Below are positions 41,566 to 55,454 of a DNA stretch of 64,000 nt, one piece after another (the first letter of the stretch is position 1; each line of letters starts with the position of its first letter). The position numbers and the translations under genes are program-made. The stretch is from the human T2T-CHM13v2.0 reference genome, Homo sapiens: the NCBI RefSeq assembly GCF_009914755.1, contig NC_060932.1. One strand, written 5' to 3'. The notes beneath the pieces are model-generated. The model was not told the DNA's origin. It worked only from the letters and a program-made list of their open reading frames with translations, and did not search any database.

Positions 41566-42974
41566 GATTTGGTTGCTACTCTAAAAACAAAACAAAACTA
41601 GTTGAAGGGAAAGATGCATAAACCAATATTAAAGCTAATGAAGCAAAGTAAAAGAAAAGTAGGTAAGTGAGCATGGGATGAGTATGGAACCTACAACCAC
41701 CATACAGAACAATGGCATTACACTTAATGCCATTTAACTTCGGTTCCCTTTAACTAGTAACCCGAGTGTGTAATAGGATAAGAACTTCATGATGCATTGC
41801 TCTTGATTAAATTCCTGGCTGCAGGGGAAAGTTCTTTGTAAGGATAATGTGTATGGGCTTATTTCTGAGGTCCACATGTAAGTAAGTCTACACTTTAATG
41901 ACTATAAGAACTAAATCAATAGGTAAAACTTGGACTTTCACCATATACATATTTTTAAGTCTAATAATAGGCCATCTGAGATGCTATTTTTCATTTGTAA
42001 TTATTCAACCATCAAACTGTTTAAATTTCATTCCAACTTAAATCAGCAAATATATACTCAATCCCTACTTAAGTGTAAAGCATTATGCAAAGGATGAAGA
42101 GGGTGGACTGAAAATGGCCCCTTGTTCTTCAGGAACTACAGCTAGAAAACAGGATAAAACAGGTTTGTAAATGACTTTACTATGAGAGCTGTGGGTATAC
42201 CATAAAGGTAGTAAAACACAAAACTCCAGAGCATTCAAAAACAGTTTCATCTGTTTGGTGAGATCACAAAGGTCTAAGAGAGGAGGTGATTTTTACAACA
42301 GAATTTGCAGCAGGGAAGCTAATTCCAGGGTAAAAGGTAAAGAAATAATGATTTGTTTAGGGAACAGCAAAATTCATCTTCAAAAAGAATATTTTAAGCA
42401 GAAACCATTTTACAAATGAAATCTTACATACAATCCCAATATATATAGTGTAAATGTAGTATTTTGTTATTTTAAGTGCATTTTATGAGTTCAAATTGAT
42501 AGCACTTACTATAAAGTCAAAAACTGTCAACATGCAGTTATGATAAAAATCAAAAACTGAAATCAGGAATGAAAGATGATAACCCCAGTTTCCAATTTCT
42601 ATATTTTGCTTTAATTGTCGAATATCAAGAAAATCCACCTATTACACCCCATGAGTTGATACGGGGGTGAGGAAACATTGTCATGCACTGTAGGTGGGAG
42701 TTCAGTACAAACAGGCTGTAACTCAAATTGTGTGTACACTTTTACCCAACATATAACCTACAAATACACTCTTGTAAGTACGCAAAAAATGCAAATGTTC
42801 ACTGCAACACTGTGTTAGAAAACAAAAACAAACAGAAACAACCTAAAAGTTCAATAATTAAGGCCTTCCTACTTAAATAAATTATGCTACATCCACACCA
42901 TGGAATACCAAGCAAATATTATGTAATGATAAGGAAAAATAGTCATACTTAGGTAAAAACTGCAATTTTCAGCA

Positions 42975-43190
42975 GCAGCAACTAAAACATACTAAGTGCT
43001 TATTAAGTATCAGGCACTTGTGTTAAGTGTTTTAAATAATGAATTCATTGAATCTCATAAAAATCTCATGACATAGGGGGAAAAGGAGATACACAGATAT
43101 TAAGTAATTTTCCAAGGCAACACAGCTAGTAAATGGTAGAGGAACCAGGATTTAAACCAAGATTGCATGACTGCAGAATTTACACTCTTT
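42975..43190 (-). mobile_element. MIR
   Basis: TAAGTAATTTTCCAAGGCAACACAGCTAGTAAATGG..CAGGATTTAAACC. Confidence 0.65.
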
Positions 43191-44559
43191 AACTGTAATA
43201 TATTTTAAAACAGTATTCATACTACGAACCAATTAATGTTTTTAAATATATATAGCAATACTTAGCTTATACTTACGTGTGTAATATAAAACTCTGCAGC
43301 TATGCATAAAAAACACACTCTCCAGCCTTGAGAAAGTAAGAAAAAGGGACTTTTACATTTCACATAATAACCTGCAGGGCTATGTAAATTTTCTTTCTAA
43401 AGTAACCAAATATTACTTTTGTAAAATTTGTAAACAATATTTTTTCAAAAACCCTGAATACACAATTGGCGTTTATTCATCTTGTAATCTCACGATACTG
43501 TTCAATTAAATAGGTCCAGTAAGTTCAAAAGAGGTAAAGCAAGTTTTTTCACAAGTTGAATTCCTATCAATACCCAACAACTCCTCATATTCCTTACCAT
43601 AAATATGTTAGAAAAACACTGAAAACTTCCAGTAAATACTAAAACTAAAACTAATGTGGTATTTTCAATTTCTTACTACTCTTAAAATTATTTTTACTCA
43701 ATTATTCTGGACAGGCACATTCAACTGACATGCTCAAGACTGTACTATTCTTGTACAATTGTTTGTGGACAGTGACACATATATTACAATTCAACGACAG
43801 GCCAGGTATAACTGAAGTTCAAATATGCACTACATGTACTATTCATTCATTCACACATTTGACAAATATTTACCGAGTGCCCACTATGGGTCAAGGACTG
43901 TGCTAGGCACTGGAAATACAACAGAATAAGAAAGACAAGGTCTCTGACCTCCTGAAACATTTTCTACTGGGAAAAAAGTTAGTAAAAATTTTATTCTGAT
44001 GTGTCATGTGTTACTCTGGCACCACAAGTTAACATATTAGTGATGACGAATGTCCTTACATTTGGGATTAAAAAAAATGGCATGTGCATGGTTGTTTTCT
44101 GGTGTTTTTTGTTTGGTTTTGGGCTTTTTGCCATGAAAAACTTAATTTTATTGTCTCTTTGAATGACACAGCTCAACCTCTAGTTAGAGCATATACTGCC
44201 TTATGTTTTTAAATAGCATTTTATATTCATTCATTAAGAAAAAAAATTATTTTTTAGAGTACTTTTAGGTTTACAGCAAAATTGAGAGTACAGTACAGAC
44301 ATATCCCATACCCCTCCTGTGCTGACACACACATAGCTTCCCCCACTGTCAACATCCCCCACCAGAGCGGTACATCAGTTACAAGAGATGAATCTACACG
44401 GTTTGATAAATTAAAGTTCATTATTAAGAAAACAATGGGACTTCAAAGAACTGTGTAATTGTGGAAGCATCTCTGTGAAACTATTCTCAGGAAGGCAGAA
44501 GGCTGGAGAAGAAACGGCTGGGGCCACATAAAAGCTAAAATGCACTGAATAAAGCTTAC

Positions 44560-44740
44560 TCTGTACCAGTCAATGTACTGAGAGCACGTTAAATGTATTA
44601 TTTCACATAAACTTCCCAGTAACTCCAGTTGAAGCATTATCTCCACTTTGAGATAAGACAGCAAACTTAGATAGGCTAAGTAAGTTGCCCAAAGTCACTC
44701 AGTTGAAAGATGGCAGAAACTGGAAACCTGAACTGAGCAG
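44560..44740 (-). mobile_element. MIR
   Basis: TTATCTCCACTTT..AGGCTAAGTAAGTTGCCCAAAGTCAC. Confidence 0.6.
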
Positions 44741-45774
44741 AAGCTTTTAACCCAAGCAGGGTCTTGAATGGCAGTAGGCCTCTGAAGCCACAGTAGAGAG
44801 ATGCACCATTGTATATTTAATCTTGCAGGCAGTGTGAATGGAGGTTTAGAAGATTCTCAAGGAGAGCAATAAGTAAATAACCTCATTAAGTCTGATTATA
44901 GAGCCCAACTTTAGGAAGATAACTTGATCCACAGTGTGTGTAATGACCTGAACCAGGGAGCAACTGAAGTCAGTGGTATCAATTAAGAAGGAGTAAAGGG
45001 GTTCACGTAAACTTCAAATGCTTCAAAGCTAAGAACTTGCTGAACGGAGACTACAACACAGCCTCCTGATATCCTCCTCCCCAGGGAATTTTATTTCCAT
45101 TAAACCAAGATGTCAAAGACTTGTGAATAAGAAATTGGTGAACTGTACATCACAACCAAACACATTTACCCATCATCTAGTAGAATAATGTTTTCTAAAC
45201 TGTGTTAGACGGAGAACAACCACGCAGGGTGCAGAGATGCTGCTGAGCCTGAGCTGGACTGAGAAAATCTAACGGATGTGCTGGGACTGCCAGGAAACAC
45301 CCCAGCCTCCTCCTGGAAAAACTGAACAGCCCAATTAGAACTGCCTTGGAAAGGAAAGGAAAGAGAAAAGGAAAGGAAAGGGAATTCTGGGGACTCTAAA
45401 ACACCTTGGTTGTTTCCTTCATTAAATAAACAGTACATTTTTAGTTTCAAACACTTAACTTACTATACATGTGATGCTACAATTTTCACTCTTACCACAG
45501 TTAACTCAGCAATTGAGAATTATTTTGGGGGGTTTCCGAAGGGGCTTAGAATGTGGTGTGAATGGGAGCGAAGCGTGAGTGAGAAATATTAGGTAAGAAA
45601 TAGAAAAACTCCTTTCCTATACATATATTTGGAAGGGAGCACTGAACTCTATGTTTCCAACCTTACTGCACTTAACTCTTATGGCCTTACCTTAAGGATG
45701 GATCTAAAATCCATCCCTTAGGTGGCTTCAGGTCAATCATCGCTATTCTGCTAGTATTTTATGACTTCTCCATA

Positions 45775-46540
45775 TATGGTAGAAAGAATAATGCCCCCTC
45801 CCCCTACAAAGACATCCACATCCTAATCTCTAGAATTTGTGAATATGTTACCTTCCGTGGCAAAGGAGAATTAACTTTGCAGGTGGAATTAAGATTGCTA
45901 ATCAGCTGATCTTAAAATAGATTATCTAGGGAGGCCAATGTAATCACAGGGATCTCAAAAGCAGAAGACGGGCGGGGGGGGGGGGGGCGGGGGGGGCGGG
46001 GCCGGGCGGGGTCAGCCAGGCCAGGTGGCTCACATCTGTCATCTGTAATCCCAGCACTTTGGGAGGCCAACGCAGGAGGATCACTTGAACCCAGGAGTTC
46101 AAGACCAGCCTGGGCAACATGGCAAAACCCCATCTCTACAAAAAAAAACAGAAAAAACAATTAGCCCAGAGTGGTGGTGCACACCTGCGGTCCCAGCTAT
46201 GAAGCAGGAGGATCACTTGAGCCCAGGGGGTTTAGCAGTGAACTGAGATCATGCCACCACACTCCAGCGTGGGTGACAGAGCGAGACCCTGTCTCAAAAA
46301 ACAACAAAACAAACAAAAAAATCCAAAAAACAAAAAAGTAGAAAACAGAGGCAGAAAAGACAGGCCAGGAAGAGATTCTCCTAGAAGCTACGGAAAAGAA
46401 CACAACTTCACCAACACCTTGATTTTAGACCAGTGAGATCCCGTCTGACTTCTCACAACCCTAACAACAACACATTTCCTGTGTTTTACGCCACTAAATT
46501 TGTAGTAATTTGTTACAACAGAAAATAATAAACTAATATA
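45775..46540 (+). mobile_element. MLT1D-like MaLR LTR split by an Alu
   Basis: AATAATGCCCCC..GTGAATATGTTACCTT..GGCAAAGG 5' part; ACACCTTGATTTTAG..GCCACTAAATTTGTAGTAATTTGTTACA 3' part. Confidence 0.8.
46014..46337 (+). mobile_element. AluJ-like with internal deletions, inside the MLT1 LTR
   Basis: Dimer with duplicated CATCTGT and shortened right arm. Confidence 0.88.
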
Positions 46541-47275
46541 CCAGGCTTCTTCTAGTCCTTGGATTTCAGAAAAATTTTGACATCAGTAATTGCTACTAAA
46601 ATGACCCTATAACCCAGGACACTGCCAGTCTTGTGAACTGTTTGGTACTACTCCCTAGGAAGAAAAATACAGAAATTGAGAGTTTATTTGTATATAATTC
46701 AATTTCATGTCTGCTGAGTTTAATTATTAAAAACTTAGGCTTGTAATTTTATTTCTTCCATTTCATTTATCTATAAATTTATGGTATTTTACAAAAGTAC
46801 TGGCTGAGACAAACGGAGATTTTACTTTACTTTTTAAAAAAAGAAGACATTTACAAAAGAGAGGTGAAGCGCTGACAAGTTAAATCACTTGCCCAAGTTC
46901 AGAAAGTGATTCATCACCCAGTCATTAAATTAACAAATGTTTATGAAGGGCCTTCTACTCCAGACAGCAAGCTCCATGCTAGAGCTACTGTTCAGAACAA
47001 GACCCAGCAGAGCCCTGCCTCTCCGTGTGAGTCCCATTCTCCTTAGCGTCCCAGGAATCGCCCTAGATCGCCTCCCCAGCAGCGCTCCCCGCTGGTTACC
47101 TTCCCACCAGCATTCAATCCCAGGAAAACAAGCGCAGTGTGGACAGACCCGGCCCAGTACGCAAATGCCACACAAAAGGACAACGAAAGGAAGAAAAACA
47201 CCAAGCACAGATTCTAGGGGCCGAGGGCTGAGCCACAACGCACCGCAACTCCGGAAAACTGGGCCCCGGACCTCA

Positions 47276-47647
<372 letters not shown>

Positions 47648-48913
47648 CTATGAGAGGTCCGCCCCCCGGACGCAGAGCTCTGGAGGCCAACGAGGCGTGT
47701 CTTCCTTTCATCTGGGAGTGGCGTGGGGAAGAAGAGACTTAAGCTAAAATTGGTGGGCTAAATAGTTGGAAAGGGGCCTGGTTAAGTTTTGCGTTAGAAG
47801 TGCGTTTAACTTGCAGGAATTTCGCCTTCCTGGGCATCCGTTGGACCCCATTGTACTGTAAATTCTGCTAACGCGACGCTCGTTCTCCCGCCCTGCCGTC
47901 CCCCCTACATGGCCGCCAGCACTCGAGTTTGGGGTCTTCACTCAAATATGAGGGTCTCCTTGATTACCCTATTTAGAAGTGGAAGCCCAAATGCAGACTC
48001 TCTGGCACCTGTTTTTCTTAGTACCATGTAGCACTTTCTAATATGCCACATATTAATATTAAATATTTAATAATATTTAGTGTCTACTCCCAACTTTTTA
48101 AACTTTGAAAAGAGGAACTTTGCTGTAGGGTCCCTAGCACCAGGCACAGATTAGGGCTCACCCAACATTTGCCAAACCCTGCATCCAAGTTTGTCCTTTG
48201 CCACTTCTGCAGCCAGTCCACTCACGCCACAAAAATAGTTTTTCTGAAATGTTTTGACACCTCTAGATACCTATTATCTAACTTAGGAGTTCAGAAGTTT
48301 TGGAATGTCCCTAAGTATTGCACCGCCGTAGGCCCCCACCCTCACTCTGGATTTTCTTTCCCTTTTCTCCTGCAGTGTTAATTCCCAAAATTTACCCACC
48401 CTGTTCAAAACAGCCTAACATCATTCTTAAGTGTTTATTAATTAGTTGTCCGTCTATCTTTGACCCAGCAGTTTAATATTAATCCACAGTTAGTTTTATT
48501 TTGGGGGCACACACCTTTCCAGTTCATTTGCAAGTACTTCGAGAGAAAGAATTTTTATGATCACAGACCCTATTTTAAGAATGCCTTGACTATGGGTTTT
48601 AAGCTTTTCTGATGCTCTCTAATGGTACAGATAGTGTTAAGAACACGAAGTACACTGATCTCAGAATGGTGCACAATTGTATGAATCACATAAAATTATT
48701 ACTAGCTAACTGTATGGTAGTCCTTACAAATTCATTAAATTCTCCAGGTGAGTTCTCCCTCTTGGCAGTTAAAACTGTTTATCTCCCGAGACTATTAATG
48801 GACTCTTGCCTAGAACATTATTTTCTACGGATAGTGCTACTTCCACTTTTTTTCAGGAGAAAGTGTGGTAAATTGTAAAGAGCATGGCCAGTGGTCTTCA
48901 AGAACCCTCAGTC

Positions 48914-49190
48914 TGACTGGGCAGGGTGGCTTACACTTGTAATCCCAGCACTTTGTGAGGTTGAGGAGGGAGGATTGCTTGAGATGAGGAGTCCGAGACC
49001 AGCTTGGGCCATAGCAAGAACCAGTCTCTACCAAAAAATAGAAAAATCAGCCTGGGGCAGTGGTGCATGCCTGTAGTCCCGGCTACTTGGGAGGCTGATG
49101 GAGGAGGATCACTTGAGCCCAGGAGTTTGAGGCTGCAGTGAGCTATGTTCCTGCCACTTCACTCCAGCATGGGTGAAAAGTGCAAAACTC
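48914..49190 (+). mobile_element. AluJ-like
   Basis: Diverged dimer, GAGTTTGAGGCTGCAGTGAGCTATG. Confidence 0.88.
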
Positions 49191-49208
49191 AAGTATCCGT
49201 AAAAACAC

Positions 49209-49514
49209 ACCCCTGGCGTGGTGGCTCACACCTGTAATCCCAGCACTTTGGGAGGCCAAGGAGGGCAGATCACCTGAAGTCAGGAGTTCGAGATCAGCCT
49301 GGCCAACATGGTGAAACCCTGTCTCTACTAAAAATACAAAAATTAGCTGGGCGTGATGACACATGGCTGTAATCCCATCCACTCAGGAGGCTGAGGCAGG
49401 AGAATCACTTGAACCCAGGAGGTGGAGGTTGCAGTGAGCCAAGATCACACCACTGTTCTCCAGCCTGGGTGACAGAGCGAGACTCCAGCTCAAAAAAAAA
49501 AAAAAAAAAAAAAA
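49209..49514 (+). mobile_element. AluS
   Basis: Full dimer, long poly(A). Confidence 0.93.
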
Positions 49515-49760
49515 ATGAGTAAGTTTGTATCAAATGACTTCAAATTTGGCCTTAGTTCTGTCTTTGGTAGAGGATCAGAAGCATCAAATGAGAGGGACTG
49601 TAAAGAACTGAACAAGTCAATAGGGGGATGTCCGCATAACTTTCTCCTTGCCTATACAAGTGCCAAGAGTAGCATCCTCTGTAATAGTGATGTTTTCACA
49701 TACGCCATCTTAAGGATTCTGATCCTGCTGTAACCACTCCTTGCTTTATTAAATACAGGC

Positions 49761-49883
49761 CTGGCTGGGCAGCAGTGCACACCTTTAGTCTCAGCTACTC
49801 GGGAAGCTGAGGAGGGAACATCGCTTGAGCCCAGAAGTTTAGGGCCAGCCTGGGCAACACAGTGAGACCCCCACCTCAAAAAA
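49761..49883 (+). mobile_element. Alu monomer (FLAM-like)
   Basis: CAGCTACTCGGGAAGCTGAGG..AGCCTGGGCAACACAGTGAGACCCC. Confidence 0.8.
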
Positions 49884-50135
49884 GCCAAGGAAAGTGAACA
49901 GAAAATAGTTTCATTCTACTGCTAAGTTCAAGCCTAATACTTTACAGCTACTGGCTTTGGTCTTATCTATAAAATGGTGACACTGCCACATGCCTGAGTA
50001 AAGAGTTAAAGGTGATGAGTGTAAGATGCCTGGGCACTTAATGAATAGTAGCTATTGACGGCTAGGTGGAGGTGACCATGAGTTTACTAGAAATTCATGC
50101 CTCAACCATGTGTGCAAACCAAGAAGAAAGGATAG

Positions 50136-51829
50136 TGTCACAAAGTTCTTAGGATGTCGCTTCACCAGCTGGAAACTTCCATGGCCTGCAGCGCCTCTGC
50201 TGGAGTTTTGCTCATGCCTGCTGGGCTCATTCTGCCCACTCTGCCCAGTAGGCTGTGCTCATCTTGTGCTGCTGGCCCAGATCCCACACCTGCCAAGGGT
50301 GAGCCAGGCATGGGCTGGTGAGGGGTGCGTGAGCAAGTGAGTGCAGGTTCCAGCCACTGCGCCCAGCCAGGCACACCAGCTGCTGCAGCAGGGTGAGCAG
50401 CTACAGGCACCGGCTCTGTGCAAGGCTGCAGCTGGACCAGATGGACCACAACCAGCTTCTGCAGGCACCAGTGTCTGGGCAAGGGAAACGTGGTAAAACC
50501 CAAAAGCTCAGAGATGCCAGCAACCTCAGAGTCCCAAAGAGGGTGTTACAGCATGTCACAGCCCTGGCTTGGGGAACCCCAAGGTGTGGGCTCCCAGAAG
50601 GGCTCAACTCTTCTCGTTGCCTGCAATGTGGTGACCGGCGGGGCGGGGAGGGGGGTTGGGGGGGGGACATTGTTGGGGGGTTGTTTCAGCCCGTTTGTGT
50701 TACAGCTCTTTCAGTCCCACCACCCCACTCCAGCCCATGGCTCCTCAGCTGGCCTGGCTCTGCTGCTGCCTCCTGTCATGTGGGGCAGCTGTCTGGTGCC
50801 GGTGAAAGGTGGGAAGGCTATAATGTTATAGCAGCTCTGGCTCAGGGAATCCCAAGGTCTGGGTCCCCAGAAGGGTCACCACTCTTCTCTCCTGCAGTCT
50901 GGGAGCGTGTCACCGCCCCAGCTTGGCAAGCCAGCCAGGAACATGTTACAGTTCCTTTTGCTCCCGCTGTTCAGCAGGTCCTGAGTTCTTGTCCTGTGTC
51001 CAGGAAGAATGAAGTCACATGGACAACCGTAGGGTGAGCAAGGCAGAGAGGAGCGTTATTGAATGACAGAACAGCACTCAGGAGACCCAAAGTGGTCCTT
51101 TCTGCAGGCAGGTTGTCCTGATGAGTGTTGAGTCTGGCTGAGTGTGGGGTTTTTATGTGCTCAGAATGGAGGAAGGGTGGGCCTGGAAAAAACACCATCC
51201 GATTAGCCGAAATGCATTAATAGAGTTCTCGCTCTGGGTTGTGGGCTCTACCTAAAACTGGCAGCCTGGCCCCCAGGCTTCAGGCTGTCCCTGGCTTGAG
51301 GGTGGGGTTTCAACAGGGACCCACCCCTTCCCTCCTAGGAACCTGCCTCCTGCCACCATCAACATGCCATCCAGAGCACCCAGGCTGTCCACACCAAGCT
51401 ACCCTCAGCCCCTGGCCACCCTCCCATGCTCACTGGTGCCCATAGTTGGGAGGGGGCCGAGGTAGCAGGAACCTGACATGTCAGCACCACCCTGAGGATG
51501 CACACACCTGGCCAGGTTGTGACAGCACCCAAGCTCAGCCACAACTTTGCTCCGAACTGGAGCAGGCACTTCCAGGCCTGCATGGGCAGGGGACTTTCCA
51601 GGCCCCCGAGAGCACACAGATGCCTGGATCTGGAGCTGCAGCTGGGTGGCTGCAGCTGCACCCAGGAGCACAAGCTCCTGCCCTGCCAACATGGTAAGGC
51701 AGGGTTCCTGCTGGGATCACCTATTGCCGGCCCCTGCCACTTCTGCAGAGCCTGCAACCCCCCAGCCATGCTTCCCTTGCTGCAGCTGGTGTCCTTGCAG
51801 CAGCTGCTCAAGGAGGGCCACCACCATCA
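50136..51829 (-). mobile_element. MER52-like ERV1 LTR between TPD52 and MRPS28
   Basis: ~1.7 kb GC-rich, CpG-depleted block; minus strand starts TGATGGTGGTGGCCC..GCAGCTGCTGCAAGGACACCAGCTGCAG and ends ..TGTGACA; explains the dense cluster of spurious ORFs. No clear TSD. Confidence 0.75.
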
Positions 51830-52225
51830 ACAAGTCTGGAGATACCGGTTGGGAAGCTATTAGTATCACTCTAAAAATAGTCATTTCACCCATAGAAATG
51901 GATAAGATCATTAAGGGGATCATGTAGAAGATAACAACAGATAGACAATAGCATTTAGGAGCTGGAAGAATTCTAATACTAAAAAATAGTCAAAATGGAA
52001 AATAAGAACAGAGAATCAATTCTAGAAACCAAGGAGAAACTTTAAAGCATGCTGGAGAGTGGTAAAGTGAAAGATCACGTCCATTTACAAATATTCAAAC
52101 AAAACTGTATTTGGCTTTTTCTATATGATAGAAGAACCACAAAATTAATAAAATAAACTACCAACCAACCTCAGTAACATCAAAATTACATGAGAGCTGG
52201 CAAGAATTTTAGTTGCCAAATAGCA

Positions 52226-52231
52226 TTTATT
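52226..52231 (-). terminator. TPD52: Candidate distal poly(A) signal of TPD52
   Basis: TTTATT on plus; GU/U-rich sequence (GGTTGGTTGGTAGTTTATTTT) follows on the minus strand. Confidence 0.6.
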
Positions 52232-52540
52232 TGAGTACAAAATCCTGGCAGGCAAAAGCACTTGCAGACCCGACTCTCTGAGAACTTACAAACAAAAAGT
52301 GAAAAGCTCTTAGTTCATTTTGAGTCAGAACAATAAGGAAATTATGAAATCTAAGATGTGCAGGTTTACTTAAAAGTGATAATGGTTTATATTAACTGTG
52401 GCCCACACAGGGTCTCTCTAATCTAATGAAAACAGGACAGTCACTGAAAATAAGGACTAATCAATGGCCAAATGTTTCTTCACTATGGGCAAAAATGTGA
52501 TTTCTTCATCTGGGCTTTAAGAGCTATAAATAAAACACAT

Positions 52541-52625
52541 GGCCGGGTGCATGCCTATAGTCCTAGCTATTTGGGAAGCTAAGGCAGTAGGATTCCTTGA
52601 CCCCAGGAGTTGGAGGTCAGCCAAC
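52541..52625 (+). mobile_element. Alu monomer fragment, antisense in the TPD52 3' UTR
   Basis: GGCCGGGTGCATGCCTATAGTCCTAGCTATTTGGGAAGCT..CCCAGGAGTT. Confidence 0.75.
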
Positions 52626-55454
52626 TCTAAACAAACACAAACATCATTCTGACAAATGACCTTAATGTAGGATCTCTTTGGACACATCTTCAGCAAGCAG
52701 TCATTTAATAAATGCCTTCTGATAGGCAGAATGTAGCTGCTCATGGCTCTTTAAGTATCATATCCAGAATATGAAGGGTTTGGAGAGAAGTTGCATAATG
52801 GACTTGCCCCTTTCCTCAATGGGCAGGTAATGTATACAAAAGAACCCATACCCAAATTATAGCATTTTTATTTTCCAATACTATACAAAAAATAGACTGT
52901 GCATATCTTAACAGATCCAGATCCAAATTAAATACTTTTTTTCTATTTCAAACTATTCTAAGTTGCTAAGGTGATAATCCAGTTTTGAGCTCTACTCTCT
53001 TCCACTGACTACTTGGCTCTCATAAGCATAAGAATTCTTGCCCTATTTCCCACAAACTCCATAAATTGACATTTCTTTTTGTAAGAAGGGGATATTTTCT
53101 TCTACACTTGAGTCCTTACATCTGTGAGATTTCATAAGTATCTGAGATTTCACACTCTTGCTATTTTCTTAGTGTCAAACACAAGAGGAACCAGGAACTG
53201 TTTCTGGCATTTCTACTAATTACTATGTTTCTCATTCTTTAAATATCTGTGAATTCATAATATTGAATCTGCCACAAAAACCATTTTGAATATTTCTAAA
53301 TTCATGTTTTTTTCTAAATCCATCCTCACTCTTTTTAATACTTCTTTCAAGGGGCAGAGTACTTTACAGTAGATTACTTTGTTTCTTAGATTAAGTATAG
53401 GTAGATGTCTAGAAAAGTGATTCTCCATTATTTTCTTTCACAGCCACCCCCAATACCCACCTTCATCCACTCACCCCACTTGCCACCCCCATTTCTATCA
53501 CTTTTCCCTTTTTGGGCAGAAAAGAGACTTGAGGGTATTTCACTCATCTAAAGAAATTGCCACTTTACTCCATTTTGCCTTGTTGAAAAGTTAGTAGCAG
53601 GGCAGGATGCTCAAGAAACAATGTGATCAAAAGAATATGTTTGAATTTTAAGAAGTAGACTAGTTCATAGAAAAAATAATTTAACACTTGAGTAAGCACA
53701 ATATTTCTATAGAAAGACAGACTTCTACAGATCCACTCCTCTGAGAAAATGCTTCAACAGCCTGTGCCTTAAAGCCCTTATTTAGAATATGTTAATATGA
53801 TACCATTAAGCAATAATTTAAGGATGGTTAAAAAAAAATTTTTTTTTTTTAAGCATAGACTCCAGTTGATTCGGTACAACAAGCTGTTTCCAGACCACTG
53901 GTCTCATAATAAATATTGAGACCTATACTACTGATAGATGGAATTTATTAAGCTTTTCACATGTGATAGCACATAGTTTTAATTGCATCCAAAGTACTAA
54001 CAAAAACTCTAGCAATCAAGAATGGCAGCATGTTATTTTATAACAATCAACACCTGTGGCTTTTAAAATTTGGTTTTCATAAGATAATTTATACTGAAGT
54101 AAATCTAGCCATGCTTTTAAAAAATGCTTTAGGTCACTCCAAGCTTGGCAGTTAACATTTGGCATAAACAATAATAAAACAATCACAATTTAATAAATAA
54201 CAAATACAACATTGTAGGCCATAATCATATACAGTATAAGGAAAAGGTGGTAGTGTTGAGTAAGCAGTTATTAGAATAGAATACCTTGGCCTCTATGCAA
54301 ATATGTCTAGACACTTTGATTCACTCAGCCCTGACATTCAGTTTTCAAAGTAGGAGACAGGTTCTACAGTATCATTTTACAGTTTCCAACACATTGAAAA
54401 CAAGTAGAAAATGATGAGTTGATTTTTATTAATGCATTACATCCTCAAGAGTTATCACCAACCCCTCAGTATAAAAAATTTTCAAGTTATATTAGTCATA
54501 TAACTTGGTGTGCTTATTTTAAATAGTGCTAAATGGATTAAGTGAAGACAACAATGGTTCCCCTAATGTGATTGATATTGTCATTTTTACCAGCTTCTAG
54601 ATCTAAACTTTCAGGCTTTTGAACTGAACATTGATGACAGTGTTCATAGTTCAACCTACTGAACATACAGTGTGCTTGATTCAGAATGTTATTTTGTAGA
54701 AATTAAAATTTTAACCTGGTGAAAAATAAGTTGATATAAGTGGTATAATAAACAATACACTGAAATGGTTACTGTCACAAACGGTGCTAAATAATGATAT
54801 AGGAGGTTCCACTCTCAAGTCACCTAGAAGTTTGATTACATATTGTTACTTACAAAACTATAATAAATTGGATGCACAGCTGTTTACTTCAGTCTGGTGT
54901 CTTCAACCAAAATATGTACCTTATACCAAAACAATGCTTATTCCAAAATATTTTTTGTAGCTAGTAGTTCTTTCCTTGGAGGTAAAGAAAATACACCCAA
55001 ACTTTTAATTACCAGGATTCAGAATATTTAAGAGAACAATTTTAGTTAAGAATCAAATATACAGAGATTCAAAGAGGGGAAAAAAAGGAAATATTATAGA
55101 AGACAAAGGTCAAACTGGCATTCCAGATCTGGAGCAATTTTGTAAAGCAGGAAAACAACTATGACAATCTGTAGCTTCTTAGATCATTATAGTGAATGTC
55201 CCCATTTACTATAAGTGTTTTTATAATGGTGTTTCCTAAATAAAGGAACATAAATGTACACTAAAGGGTGTTTCCCAAGAATAGAGGTGAAGATATTTTC
55301 ATTTTGTTTAACCCACAAACTATTTGGTCAAAGGAATATGTAAAGCTAAATAAAAGCACATCTGGTAGAAATTCATGGCAATGCATGTTGACAAGATGTG
55401 CTTGGACCTCGCTTGCAGCATCTGGCAGTGGGTAGCAGAACAAAGGTAGGAATC

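Larger units (their letters stand above)
52205..55454 (-). other. TPD52: TPD52 3' UTR (long form; 3' end approximate)
   Basis: Follows the TGA at 55455; AT-rich and nearly repeat-free; minus-strand AATAAA at 54425-54430, 53944-53949 and 52226-52231. Confidence 0.7.

Noticed and set aside
50110-51927. Dense cluster of overlapping ORFs up to 214 aa
   Set aside because: Expected from a GC-rich, stop-poor LTR; no recognisable protein.
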